DNA from: Zygophlyctis sp. KS116
Lineage: Eukaryota > Fungi > Chytridiomycota
Length of the DNA: 32,000 bases
Assembly: GCA_054661495.1 (NCBI GenBank)
Contig: BAAFSQ010000097.1
Location: 1,452-33,451 of the forward strand
Reading direction: 5' to 3'
A program made the position numbers and the translations under genes. Of the stretch, positions 1 to 13,318 are shown piece by piece. The notes under the pieces are model-generated. The model made no database searches, was not told the origin of the DNA, and was given only the letters and a program-made list of their open reading frames with translations. The stretch's first letter is position 1. Each line of letters begins with the position of its first letter.

Positions 1-32
1 AATTAAACTTGGACAAGGCGAGTTTTAGTTAG

Positions 33-1307
33 ATGGCTGAATTCTGTAAACGGAGACATGGACCAAATAGAATAGGATGTTTTAATTGTTGCAAAATTAG
101 TCAATTCAAAGTTTATCCGGACATTGATGGTTTGTTAATTTCGGACAAGTTAACGCCAACCAATCTAAGTAATACTCAATTCGACTATTAATACATAGCT
201 AATGATTCTTCTTCACAAATTGAAAAATCTATAATAGACCTAAGGAATACATTCGCATCTATATTCTCAAAACTTCCTCCAAAATTGACAATTTTCATTG
301 GAAGCTGGAACATGAATGGACGTGTACTTGTAAAGATTCTAAAATATAGATCCCAGATACAGATCCTCATGCGTTTTTAGATCATTTCAATGTTAAGAAT
401 GAACATCCAGATTTATTAATAATTGGAACCCAGGAATGCGAAAGACCCCTTGAAATATCAATATTCTTCCCATCAAAGGACGAATGGGAAAGAATACTTC
501 ATTCGCATTATTCAAAATCTTATCATTTAGTTTCAAATCAATCGTTTGGTATTTTTTCTAAATTTCAAAGATTTAGGTGGATTACATCTCTCTATTTATG
601 CCAAAAAACAAATTATGACTGCAATTTCACGTACTTTTAGATTGTTCATATTAGATGTTAGCATTGGAAAAGTACCAACTGGAGACGGAGGACTCTCAAA
701 CAAAGGGGGAATAGGAATCTCTTTTCGGTTTCATGAATATCACTTTTTAATAATCAATTCTCATTTATGCGGTAACAAGTCAAATCTTACATTAGCACAT
801 CAATCAAAAATCAGGGAAAGAAATCATGATTTTGAAAAAATTGAAAAAGGACTAAATAGCCTGAAAGGAAAATATAATCGTAAAATACAATTTCCAAATC
901 ATGCATCAGATCGCTATGATTATTGTTTCTGGCTTGGTGATTTAAATTATAGAGTGGATGGAACTCATAAAATCATCTCTAAGTGTATTCAAGAAAACAG
1001 ATTGGAAGTTTTATTAAATAATGACCAACTCTTGAAAGAAATGAAGAGCTCTAAAGGTGTTTTTAAAGGGTTCAAAGAGGAAACAATATCGTTTCTTCCA
1101 ACTTACAAATTCATTAAATCAGAGTATAGCATAGGAAGAAATTCATCATGGAGTAAGATTTTAGTATTTAAGAGTATAGCTGATCGAATACTATTCAAAC
1201 AATTTAATGAGCATGCAATTGTCAAATGTATGTATTATACGAGCATACTAAATACATTTGGATCAGATCATCAGCCAGTTGTATCATCATTCACATTAGA
1301 ATTTTAG
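33..1307 (+). CDS. Inositol polyphosphate 5-phosphatase (IPPc catalytic domain only), 7 exons
   Basis: Removing GT-AG introns 169-198 (tentative), 324-349, 549-576, 631-654, 772-795 and 1153-1179 gives IFIGSWNMNG, IIGTQE, NKGGIGISF, NSHLCAHQ, FWLGDLNYRV, FLPTYKF, SWTDRIL and SDHQPV, the 5-phosphatase motifs in order. The start at ATG 33 is less certain than the rest. Confidence 0.9.
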
Positions 1308-1589
1308 TCCGCAGTTTGGACAATATTTGAAGCTGGGATCACTTCTAATACCACAACCAGAACATATAGAACCAGCGGATCCTAATCTTCTCAGCTGATA
1401 TATGGGATTTCCATAATGACAGGAATCGCAAACAGTTATAGTCTTTGATGAGATTGTGAGTAAAGGAAATATAAAGATGTAAAGGATACTTTCAATCCGC
1501 TCTTCCCTTGCATTGATTGAATTGCAAATGGGGCATGTAATGTTTTTAATGGATTTAGTTTTTGGCAGAATCCCACCAAAGAAAAACAT
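1296..1589 (-). CDS. Small double zinc-ribbon protein (zinc_ribbon_15-like)
   Basis: MFFFGG N-terminus; CPIC and CDSC flank a hydrophobic YIFIFPL hairpin; second ribbon CSGC...YCPNCG at the C-terminus. Confidence 0.75.
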   Translation of the reverse strand: MFFFGGILPKTKSIKNITCPICNSINAREERIESILYIFIFPLLTISSKTITVCDSCHYGNPIYQLRRLGSAGSICSGCGIRSDPSFKYCPNCGLKF

Positions 1590-1782
1590 TTAAAGAGCTT
1601 ATTATTGACCTGAGCCATTCTCCCCATATCCAGTGCAATCTTTCAAGTGGAAGTTGTGCATTCAAACATTTTAAATGCCAGATTTACAATGGCATAATTC
1701 ATCTCAAATATCAGTCAAAGAATTCTTGATAAGAAAAAGTTATTCTTCAAAACAACTAGAAAACATGTGAGTTTCGGACATT

Positions 1783-2058
1783 TCACATAAACAACATTGC
1801 CATAAGCATTGTAATGAATGAAGGAATCGTCTCTGAGACCATATATCCAGCTGCAGACAGAGTTTCACTTACAGCTGAATCGTCAGTTCCTCTTGTAGCA
1901 ACATCAGTAACTGGGAAATAATGTTTCTCAGTAGCAGTAGCAGGACTGGTACCCCCTTTTAAAACAGGTCTGGTACCCCCTTGTAAAGGATGAAAAGCTT
2001 GAGCAGTAGAAATGGCAGCGATAGCAAATAATGACAAGAATAGAGTTTTGGAGTTCAT
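1783..2058 (-). CDS. Small secreted, possibly GPI- or tail-anchored protein (91 aa)
   Basis: Signal peptide MNSKTLFLSLFAIAAISTAQA, Thr/Ser/Gly-rich body, hydrophobic C-terminus FITMLMAMLFM; A-rich context before the ATG. Confidence 0.65.
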   Translation of the reverse strand: MNSKTLFLSLFAIAAISTAQAFHPLQGGTRPVLKGGTSPATATEKHYFPVTDVATRGTDDSAVSETLSAAGYMVSETIPSFITMLMAMLFM

Positions 2059-2457
2059 TTTTTATTTTTAAAGAATTCATGCGGCAATCGGACGCCAAAA
2101 GCATCAATTTCTATTTATAGAACAAAACCGTAGAAACTGATCTTGTTTAGAAAATACCAAATAAAACCATGTTTAACCTTGCATTTTAATAGAAATCTCA
2201 ATTTTGCCATCAAAATCAGATCTGTTAATTCTAAAGCACACTGTGAAAACTATAAATTGCGGCATACGACAATCTACCGTTTATGAATTGATTAGAATGA
2301 GAACTCTAGGGAAACCTGAGAATTGATCACTTGAAAAATATAATAAAATCTATAATAATCTAAAAACCATACAATGCATACAATGATCAGCAAGAGAGTT
2401 TAGAGAATAACTATCGCCTAGAACTAGATCTAAGACTACAACTTGTAGAATCTCAAA

Positions 2458-3108
2458 ATGAACAAGTATCAAAAAGAATTATTATACATGTACTCTATTC
2501 TAATTTTTGTAGGATGTCTATTGGGAGAAAGTATTAATTTCCCATCATTTTACTTTTCCGAAAAAAAAAACTTTTTAAACCAAATCTTTGTAAAGAATGG
2601 ATGGGCATGGACTATATCATTACTCTTATCATTGATTTATTTAAGATCTTTTAACCGACTTAAGACCCTAAAATCACTAAAGTCCTTAATCGGAGCAACT
2701 TTATATTGGTTTTTGATCACTCAATGGACCTTTGGACCTTCCATTCTTGAAAGAGTTTATAAAAGAATTGGATCTTGTTCATTATTACATTTAAAAGAAT
2801 TTCATTTATGTTATGAAGGCGGTGGAGAATGGGATGGACTAGATATTTCCGGACATTGTTTTTTACTATTGCATTCTTCATTGTTAATCTGGGAAGAGAT
2901 TAGAAATACTTTTTCAATGAATTTATACAATTTAAAAAACTTTAATAGTACAATGGCGATTGGAATGGCATTAATGATTTTATTAGGATTATGGAGTATA
3001 ATGCTTCTAATTACAGTCTTGTATTTTCATTCAATAGTTGAAAAGGCTTTAGGAACTCTTTTTGGTTTTGGATTTTGGACTTTTGAATTTCTCCGCAAAA
3101 GTAGATGA
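2458..3108 (+). CDS. SCS3: FIT family (fat storage-inducing transmembrane) acyl-CoA diphosphatase, Scs3/FITM2-like
   Basis: KKNFLNQIFVKNGWAWT, DISGHCFLL and TVLYFHSIVEK motifs with both catalytic histidines; several transmembrane segments; intronless. Confidence 0.9.
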   Translation: MNKYQKELLYMYSILIFVGCLLGESINFPSFYFSEKKNFLNQIFVKNGWAWTISLLLSLIYLRSFNRLKTLKSLKSLIGATLYWFLITQWTFGPSILERVYKRIGSCSLLHLKEFHLCYEGGGEWDGLDISGHCFLLLHSSLLIWEEIRNTFSMNLYNLKNFNSTMAIGMALMILLGLWSIMLLITVLYFHSIVEKALGTLFGFGFWTFEFLRKSR

Positions 3109-5766
3109 ATCCATTCATTCAAATTGATAAAAAGAATCCATTCTTATCAGAGTCTGATGAAGATAGTCCTCCAAGACTTCCTCCAAGACCAAGTTCAATT
3201 AACTTGTTGTCCGAAAAGAGTTCAAATAACTCTGGGCCACCGCTTCCACAACGTCCATCAGCATTAAATTTACATTCGTTTGGCTCGGAACCAACTTTAA
3301 GGACAGATAGACATCTATCTCATATGTCATCTGTTGATAGATTGGTTGCTCTCTCACTCAAAGAGCCAGTATCTCATCCAGACTGTTTAAAATCAACTAG
3401 AAATCTTCCTAGAGCCTCTGGTCATTCAAGCCATAAGGGATATGTAAAATGTTGGGATATATCTTCGAATTGTATTGTTACTGGATCTACAAATATTAGA
3501 GTCTTTAATATTTATTCTGGTGAAAATAGTAAAACGATTCCTCTGGGGGAGTCAAAGCCGTCTAGCGTCGCGTTTGTACCAACGAGGCCTTTTCAGGAGG
3601 AAGATGTAGTATGGGTTGGTTGTGAAAAAGGGGAATTATTGGAAATTTCTATCGGACAAGGTAAAATAATCTCAAAAAGAAGTTTACATTCTACAAATGT
3701 GACTAGTATAATCAAATTTAGAAAAAGATTCTTGATTACTATAGATGAACAAGGGGCATTGAAAATATGGACAGAATTAGACTCTAGAGGACTTATAAAT
3801 TTACATGCTAGGCCTAGAGGTTTAAGGATTCATTCTAAATTAGGGCAATTGGTAGATACTGTAAGTAAAAAAAATTAAATACTCTAGTATAGGGATTTAC
3901 TTTGGGTTGGTAGTGGGAAATTATTGCAAGTTTATAATTTGGCTCCTGATGTTCCTTCTGTTCTTTTAAAGAAATCTGAATTAAGTTTACAGTTTGGGAA
4001 TATATCTTCAATGACGCATTTAGTAGTTGAAGAATCTATTTTTTTATTAACAGGTCATGATGGTAAAGTTATTGAATCTTTAAAGATAAAGATGGAAAAA
4101 TAGTTGAATGGAATACTCAAGATTATAGTAAAAATCGAATATTTCAAACTGGGATTTACAGGGTCACTTGTTTACTAGCAGTTGGTCCGAGTCATCTTTG
4201 GACAGGAGTTTCTACAGGAAAAGTATCAATTTATGATTTGTCAAGTGATCCCTTGAATCAAATAAAGGAATTTCAGGCTTATTCAAGTTCTCCAATCCAG
4301 GGTTTTAGCTTTAATGAAAAAGCAATGTTGCAGTCTTCAAATTATTCTATTTTTAGTTTGTCTGAACATGGGGAATTTTTAGAATGGGATGGATATTTGG
4401 CAGATGATTATATAGGTAATTTTTTAATCTAAAAAATTAGACGCTCTGGTTAAAAGTAGACAAGATTCATATTGCCAGTATCAAAATGTCTTAATACAGA
4501 TCTGTAGCTGGAATTTGGATTCTAGAAAACCACTAGATTTAGAAGCAAATGATGGTTCATTCATTGAGAAATGGATTTCATTACAAGACGAACCAGATAT
4601 CATTGTGTTTGGATTTCAGGAGCTTGTGGATTTAGAATCGGTGTGTTTATTAAGATTTAATTATATAGACTTCTGTAAATGCTAAATCCTTTCTGAATAT
4701 TAAATCTACAAAACCGTCGAGTAATGATCCAGAGCAAAGATGTGCTTTATGGAGAGAATATCTACAAAGATGCATCTCCCGATCTCATCCCACACTTAGA
4801 TATAAGCTTTTGGAATTTCATGCCATGGTTGGACTTTTTCAAGCAATTTTTATTAAAGAGTCTATAGCACATCGAATTGGACATTGTCAAGTCAATACAA
4901 CCAAAACAGGTCTTGGAGGTATTCTTGTTTCTAATAATATAAGGCTTACATGGTAATAAAGGTAGCATTTCAATGCGTCTACTCATTGATGACTCTTCAT
5001 TTTGCTTTATCAATTCTCATTTGGCTGCTCATCAATCAAATATTAGTGCGAGGAATAACGATATCTCTGCAGTTTTAAAGGAGACATCGTTTAAGGTAGA
5101 TAGCTCGGGACACCATTATATTGGCGGCGGGGATGGCAGTTTGATACTTGACTGCGAGAATGTATTTTTTGTAGGCGATTTGAACTATCGAATTGATTTA
5201 CCAAGGGCTAAAGTGATGGACCTGATTAACTCAGGCGATTGGGAGTCATTACAGGTATTTTTTCTTGATATTCATAAGTTAAGGAGCATGATCAGCTATT
5301 AAATCAGTTACATAATAATGTTGGTTTTGGTTTACGGGGATTTCTCGAAGGCCCTTTGGAATTCGCCCCAACTTTCAAATATGATCGTGGTTCACAACTA
5401 TATGATACGAGTGAAAAGCAGCGAGTCCCTGCTTGGTGCGACAGAGTAAATATTTCAAACTTATGTTAGATATTGTGGCGCGGCTCTGATATCCAGCTTG
5501 TTTGGTATGGGAGGCTTGAATGTCAAATGAGTGATCATCGACCCATTCGAGGCACCTTCAGGATCAGGACTAAACTTATTGACAAACCTTCATTTGATCG
5601 TGTTCTTGACTCTGCGATCGAAACAGCAAATGCATATATGAAAACTCAGTCACGAGAGTATTGCATACAATGGACATCAGTTATGGCAAACTGTAATATT
5701 GAAGAGGCAATTACTTTACTGCAATCATCAAATTGGGACTTGTGTAATATATTTAAAAAACTATAG
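3105..5766 (+). CDS. Inositol polyphosphate 5-phosphatase with Pro-rich N-terminus and WD40-like propeller, 8 exons
   Basis: Introns 3861-3887, 4063-4091, 4416-4440, 4641-4668, 4919-4943, 5255-5283 and 5446-5469 restore [60 protein letters not shown] and SDHRP. Confidence 0.92.
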
Positions 5767-5804
5767 ATGTGTAGATTTATGTTTGTTTACAGCGAGTGTT
5801 TACA

Positions 5805-6608
5805 ATGTCCAATATTGAGCATAATAAGAATTTGTACCTTTGTCAAATTTTACCAACTCTTATCAAAGATATAAGTTTCTCAGACAGGAAAAAGATCTTT
5901 AAAAGTTGTGATAAACAAGAGGGGAAAGATGTCCGAACACTAAACTACAAAAGGAAACTCCAACAATACCCCATTAGAACTTCTGATCATATTCGGCCTA
6001 CATCGGCTTTATCTAGTCTCAAACCATGGGTAGACTATTCCTCTCACAATCCTTCAGACACCTTGCGGCGAAATATACTTCAGCCAAGCCCGATTCTAGA
6101 GGCTGTCCAAGATTGTTCAACCAAACTTGATAAAGATCAGAGTCATGTCAAAAATATTAGTGAAGATTATCTACAAACTGAACATATAAATCATAATCAT
6201 GCGCCAATCTCTCAAAAGATGAAGCCTCTAAAACAGAAAATACCTTCAAGGAAAAATCGTTTAGCAAAGGAAACTTTGAATTCTCCATCTAGGCCGCCTC
6301 TTCATTTTCCCAAACACATTGTCCAGAAAAGGTTTACTTCGGATAATGAACTCCCATTTGCGTTTACAGGACCAGTTCCTGTTTCAACCATCAAGGAATT
6401 CAAAAAACCGACATTATCAGAAAAAAAAGTATTAGAATCAGTTATAGCAATGCCTATTGATCTGTTAGAGAAGCTTTCATTGAAGTTGAAGAGGAATGAG
6501 ATTCTTACAAATGATTATTCTAAAAAGGTCCATAAAGTATCGAAAGTCAAGACTGAAGCTGAATTAGGAAAATGGATTCTCTCACAAAACAAAAAATTCA
6601 ACAAATAG
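5805..6608 (+). CDS. Hypothetical basic, largely low-complexity protein (267 aa from first ATG)
   Basis: Uninterrupted 800-nt ORF in AT-rich DNA that fills the gap between two conserved genes; no recognised domain. Confidence 0.6.
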   Translation: MSNIEHNKNLYLCQILPTLIKDISFSDRKKIFKSCDKQEGKDVRTLNYKRKLQQYPIRTSDHIRPTSALSSLKPWVDYSSHNPSDTLRRNILQPSPILEAVQDCSTKLDKDQSHVKNISEDYLQTEHINHNHAPISQKMKPLKQKIPSRKNRLAKETLNSPSRPPLHFPKHIVQKRFTSDNELPFAFTGPVPVSTIKEFKKPTLSEKKVLESVIAMPIDLLEKLSLKLKRNEILTNDYSKKVHKVSKVKTEAELGKWILSQNKKFNK

Positions 6609-6612
6609 ATTG

Positions 6613-7519
6613 CTAATAATTCCTTCCTCTTGGAGGCGGAGGAGATCTTTTGCGACCTTGATCATATCTCCTGCCACCTCTATAAGGTTCACGTTCCCTA
6701 TAAGGTTCTCTTCTTCTAAAATGATCTTGAGATCCTCTCTCTGAAGAAGGTTTTGAAATTCCATATCCTGCAGCTTTAAGTTCTTCTAATTTCTCTCTAA
6801 TTTTAACGAATCCTACATGCATTTTTCCAATAAAATGATCAGCCAATCTTCGATCAGAATCAAATATACTTAATGAAGCACTACATCTATAACATAATCT
6901 AAGTTTTTGAGTTTGTGTAGCACCTGCCCCAACTTCAATTAATTTCAATTCATGCTAGACCATTAAAAAATTAAAAGTTTACTTTTACATGAGCCAATCT
7001 ATCTTGTAGATACTGAAAGATATGCAATAATCTTATAGCTTCTTCAATATTTCCTTCTTCTCCGACAGTTTGACATTGTTCCAGTACTACTAAAACTTCA
7101 TATTCAATATCTGATTTTTCTCTAATGAGCTGAGTTGCTTTTGGATCTTCCAAAGTAACTTTATCCATTTTTTTAAGAGTCTGTTGAGATTTTCGATCAC
7201 ATTCATCAATAAAAGACAGTAAACTTAATGCCCAATCATTTTCATATCCTGGATGTTTTTCGGCTGCTTTTTCTGCTTCGTAATCTGCCTTTAGTCGATC
7301 TGAATGTGTTAATTTGCAACTTCCAATGTCCATTTTAGTATTTAAAAACAAATCGTTCGGACAAAGTCCACACAAGAAATCTTTACAAACTGTGTTTTAA
7401 TTGCCAAATTCATAATTACCTGATGGATCAGAAAAATGAACAGTCGGGACTTTAGATCCATGCAATGCTTGTTTCCCCATCAGAGCTTCCAAAAGCCTTC
7501 GCTGTTCCTCTGCAGACAT
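6613..7519 (-). CDS. LUC7: U1 snRNP splicing factor Luc7, 3 exons
   Basis: MSAEEQRRLLEALMG; zinc finger 1 VCKDFLCGLCPNDLFLNTKMDIGSC...H; zinc finger 2 KLRLCYRCSASLSIFDSDRRLADHFIGKMH; R/S-rich tail. Introns 7390-7419 and 6955-6982. Confidence 0.93.
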
Positions 7520-7651
7520 TTAAACCGATTTGCTGAAATTACTTTTCCAACAATGCAAACCTGCAACTTGATCTACTCCTGAAACTTACTCAAAAGTCTT
7601 AACTCACCAATTGTTATCATTGCATATGATCATCAGTAATAACAGCATTTT

Positions 7652-11398
<3,747 letters not shown>

Positions 11399-11444
11399 TA
11401 GTTTTTTGTAAGGTTTACAGTCAGGATTTGGGTTTTAAGTGTTT

Positions 11445-13285
11445 TTATTCCATAAACTTAAACTCTGCAAACAAGAGTTTTTTGTTTTCTACTCTCTTTT
11501 CAAATGCTATCCATTCATCTCTACGCTTTTTATAGAGATCCCAATGTGATTTAGATAAAATAAATTTCCCATAAAAATCATTAAGTAATTCTACTTCACA
11601 TTCTAATAATTCCTTTAAGAATATTTCTTTAGTGGAAATATCACTAACAAGCCAAAGCTGATCCAAGACGCGTGATCCAATTTTATCTTTTGCTAAAGAA
11701 ACTAGAGATCCACGAAAAGATAATAAAAGTTTCTTTTTTGATTTGAATTCAAATTTACTTTCTAGAAAACTTGATAAAATTCTTGATAAAATAGGATCCA
11801 TTGACCATTTTTTTAATGAATTAGAGTCAAGTGAATAGATTCCATTCAATATTGTTGTTAATAGACTAGGCTTGAATTTCATCAAATGTTGAATTAATAA
11901 TGATCCTTGTAAATTTGGTTTTCTATACTCTAGAAAAGTATTTGAATTAAATAATACTAGAAATATTAATGACTGTTTAGGTGCATCAGGACTTAAACAT
12001 GTTAAAAGTTGATTGATAAAGTATTCTTGAAGGTTTTCAAAAGGAATACATGCTTTTGCAATCATTGATAATAGTCCAATTCTGTTTTGATGTATAAATG
12101 ATTGAAAACAAGGTGACAATTCTTTAATAATTTTTAAAAGAGTTTTTTCTCTAGGGACATTTTCAATCAGTCTTTGAACAACAAAGTTTGCAACGGCATG
12201 TTCAGAGAGTTCAATCAAATGGTTCTTGAATAATAGTCTGTATAAGCCCTTCCACAAATCTTTGGAAATTACAGCAAACACTTTTTCCATTAAATGCGAT
12301 CCTACAGAATCATGAATTAATTGATTCAAGAATCCAAAATCTTCATCTTTGAAATTAAAACTTCAATTTTACCTTTTAAAAGTAATTTAACCAAAGACTG
12401 ACTGAATTTTTCATTCAAAATTAAAATCTGAAGAACTGGATTTGCATTTTGATTAAACGCCAATTGTTTAATGCAATCATTATTTGATTTTAAAGTTTTC
12501 ATGATTGATTTAGTGATTTGATTCAAAATTTCAAGAAATTTATCAGATACTTTACGCGATCCAACAGAAATCCTACTAATCTTGTGATTAGAATTGTATT
12601 TTTTAGATTTTTTAGACTTGTTATCACTTAAATCAGATCCTGATAGTAAACAAAGAAATGTTCTCAACACATGTGATGCATAAGTATCCGTCATGAATTC
12701 CACCCAGTCTCCATTCAAAGCCTTATAAAACCCTAAAATAAAATCATTCATTGACTCCAACTCTTCTTCACCTTGTAATTCAACATGAGAGTCCCCTTTA
12801 TCTTCCCTAGCAACTACATCAGCAGCAATGACCAATAGAGTCTGAAGAACATGACTTCCATAAGCATCTCTAATTAGCTCCTTACACCTACACCTAATCT
12901 TGCTGGCAAAAGCTCTGAGTTGAAAATCATTTGAAACCATCAGTAATTTTTCTAGAATTCGACAAGCTTCGAAATCGCATGCAACTTCAAATTCACAGCC
13001 GTCAATTTCCCTATAAATATTTTGAATGATCATTTCCATCTCTTCCGCCTCCTTTTCGTCTGCAGAGTCTAGCAATTCTTCCATTGAGAGTAAATAAGCT
13101 TTTGTGTCCGATTCTAATTGTACTTGGGGCGAAGGGAATGCAACCTCATTGATCTCATCCATCTCATCAAAACCAACATTTTTTCTTCCTCTTGCTCCTC
13201 TTCTTGTCTTTTTGATGATTGGCTCTACAGATTCCTTTTGGGCTGATCCGCCTCTTGATCCTCTCTTCCGCTTAACTTCCGACAT
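11445..13285 (-). CDS. NOP9: Nucleolar protein 9 (Pumilio-repeat 18S rRNA maturation factor), 2 exons
   Basis: Puf-like repeats YGSHVLQTLL, YASHVLRTFL, VGSHLMEKV, VANFVVQRLI, QGSLLIQHL, IGSRVLDQLW, FYGKFI. One 26-nt intron (12347-12372) joins the two ORF-track ORFs. Confidence 0.9.
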
Positions 13286-13318
13286 TCCAAAAAAATAAAA
13301 ATTTTAGTCAAGAAAATT

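Noticed and set aside
3101-3134. FIT2-5-phosphatase fusion by splicing or frameshift
   Set aside because: The candidate intron is 34 nt and gives an out-of-frame product; the TAG at 3102-3104 blocks a -1 shift.
12326-12372. Apparent second stop/start overlap between the two NOP9 ORFs
   Set aside because: The downstream start is a TTG, and the 26-nt intron 12347-12372 joins both ORFs into one protein.
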